Virus record (IMG/VR): IMGVR_UViG_3300028585_000526
Coordinates: 1 to 37,040 of that record
Direction: 5' to 3' (one strand)
Source of the DNA: a virus
Taxonomy: Duplodnaviria; Caudoviricetes
DNA: 37,040 bases
Shown: in pieces, positions 36,176 to 37,040 of the stretch
Numbering within the stretch: the first letter of the stretch is position 1
Layout: the number at the start of each line of letters is the position of its first letter
The notes under the pieces: generated by a model
Seen by the model: only the letters and a program-made list of their open reading frames with translations
The model's database searches: none
Told to the model about the DNA's origin: nothing
Translations under genes and position numbers: made by a program

Positions 36176-36831
36176 CCCCCATGCGCATCCTGATCGGCTG
36201 CGAGACGAGCGGCGTTATGCGGCGGGCCTTCGCGGCCCGTGGCCACGACGTCTGGTCCTGCGACCTGCTGCCCGCCGACGACCGCAGCAACCGCCATATC
36301 GTGGGCGACATCCGCGATGTGCTGAACGACGGCTGGGACATACTTGCCGTCATGCATCCCCCCTGCACGCGCCTTTGCAACAGCGGCGTTCGCTGGCTGA
36401 CGGCACCGCCCCGAGGCCGGACGCTTGCCGAGATGTGGGCAGAACTGGACGCAGGCGCGGGCCTGTTCGCGGACTGCTGGAACGCCCCCATTCCCCGTGT
36501 GATGATCGAGAACCCCGTCATGCACCGCCACGCCAAGGAACGGATGCCGGCCAATCTGCCGAAGCCGCAGATCGTTCAGCCGTGGTGGTTCGGGGATGAA
36601 GCGTTCAAGGCGACCGGCCTTTACCTGCGCGGCCTGCCGCAGCTGGTCGCGGCCAACCGCCTGACCCCGCCCCGCAAGGCGGACGAACCCGCCCGCCACG
36701 CCGCCTGGTCGAAGATCCACCGCGCAAGCCCCGGCCCCGACCGCTGGAAGCTGCGCAGCGCGACCTTCCCCGGCATCGCCACAGCCTGCGCCGAACAGTG
36801 GGCCCCCATGATCGAGGACATCGCAGCATGA
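36172..36831 (+). CDS. Compact DNA (cytosine-5) methyltransferase-like protein
   Basis: ILIGCETSG (variant motif I), SCDL, GDI, HPPC (catalytic), IENP, RSATFPGIA. Confidence 0.75.
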   Translation: MTPMRILIGCETSGVMRRAFAARGHDVWSCDLLPADDRSNRHIVGDIRDVLNDGWDILAVMHPPCTRLCNSGVRWLTAPPRGRTLAEMWAELDAGAGLFADCWNAPIPRVMIENPVMHRHAKERMPANLPKPQIVQPWWFGDEAFKATGLYLRGLPQLVAANRLTPPRKADEPARHAAWSKIHRASPGPDRWKLRSATFPGIATACAEQWAPMIEDIAA

Positions 36832-37040
36832 TCATCAAGATTTTCAAAGTGCCCCGCGAACGTGACGACGCCGTCCTTCGTTGGCTCCGCCTTCACCTGA
36901 AAGGCTACACCCCAAGCGAGATCGGAGAGATGGAAGCCGAGAAGCCCGCCACGATCAGCGCCTCACTCACCCGCGTCCGCGATGCCGACCTAACCGAAAG
37001 CGGCGAAAGCCTGCAACTTGTCCGGAGGGCATACGCATAA
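36828..37040 (+). CDS. Small HTH-like hypothetical protein
   Basis: 70 aa; GYTPSEIG....ATIS; ATGA coupling. Confidence 0.6.
   Translation: MIIKIFKVPRERDDAVLRWLRLHLKGYTPSEIGEMEAEKPATISASLTRVRDADLTESGESLQLVRRAYA

Larger units (their letters stand above)
1..37040. mobile_element. Temperate siphovirus prophage (HK97-type head, lambdoid regulation), near complete; att sites not seen
   Basis: Ordered integrase, lysis, tail, head, terminase, HNH, replication, cro/cI and early modules. Confidence 0.96.

Noticed and set aside
1-37040. attL/attR repeats, tRNA target and excisionase
   Set aside because: None recognised by eye; the window is trimmed to CDS boundaries, so they probably lie outside it

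Overview
The window is a near-complete temperate siphovirus prophage, most likely from a Rhodobacteraceae (Paracoccus-like) alphaproteobacterium. It starts at the ATG of a P4-type tyrosine integrase and ends at the stop codon of the last early gene; no att sites are visible. Left to right: integrase; an AT-rich accessory island (a single-TM protein, a small Zn-finger-like gene with a possible LexA box, and a soluble + 4-TM two-gene operon); a lysis region interrupted by a Hint-domain moron; fibre, tail-tip and tail genes; HK97-type head and packaging genes; a late promoter/terminator beside a candidate antiterminator; a replication region with iterons and a perfect DnaA box; an antisense DEDDh-BRCT exonuclease gene; a cro/cI switch with 17-bp operators; and an early operon encoding a beta-clamp, GapR, a GcrA-like HTH protein and a C5 methyltransferase-like protein. 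The tail chaperone carries a -1 slippery site and the tape-measure gene is frameshifted. The best leads are the candidate two-gene defence operon, the cluster of host replisome/cell-cycle homologues, the antitermination architecture and a translationally coupled antisense ORF spanning the exonuclease gene. All family assignments come from motif recognition by eye; no database searches were run.
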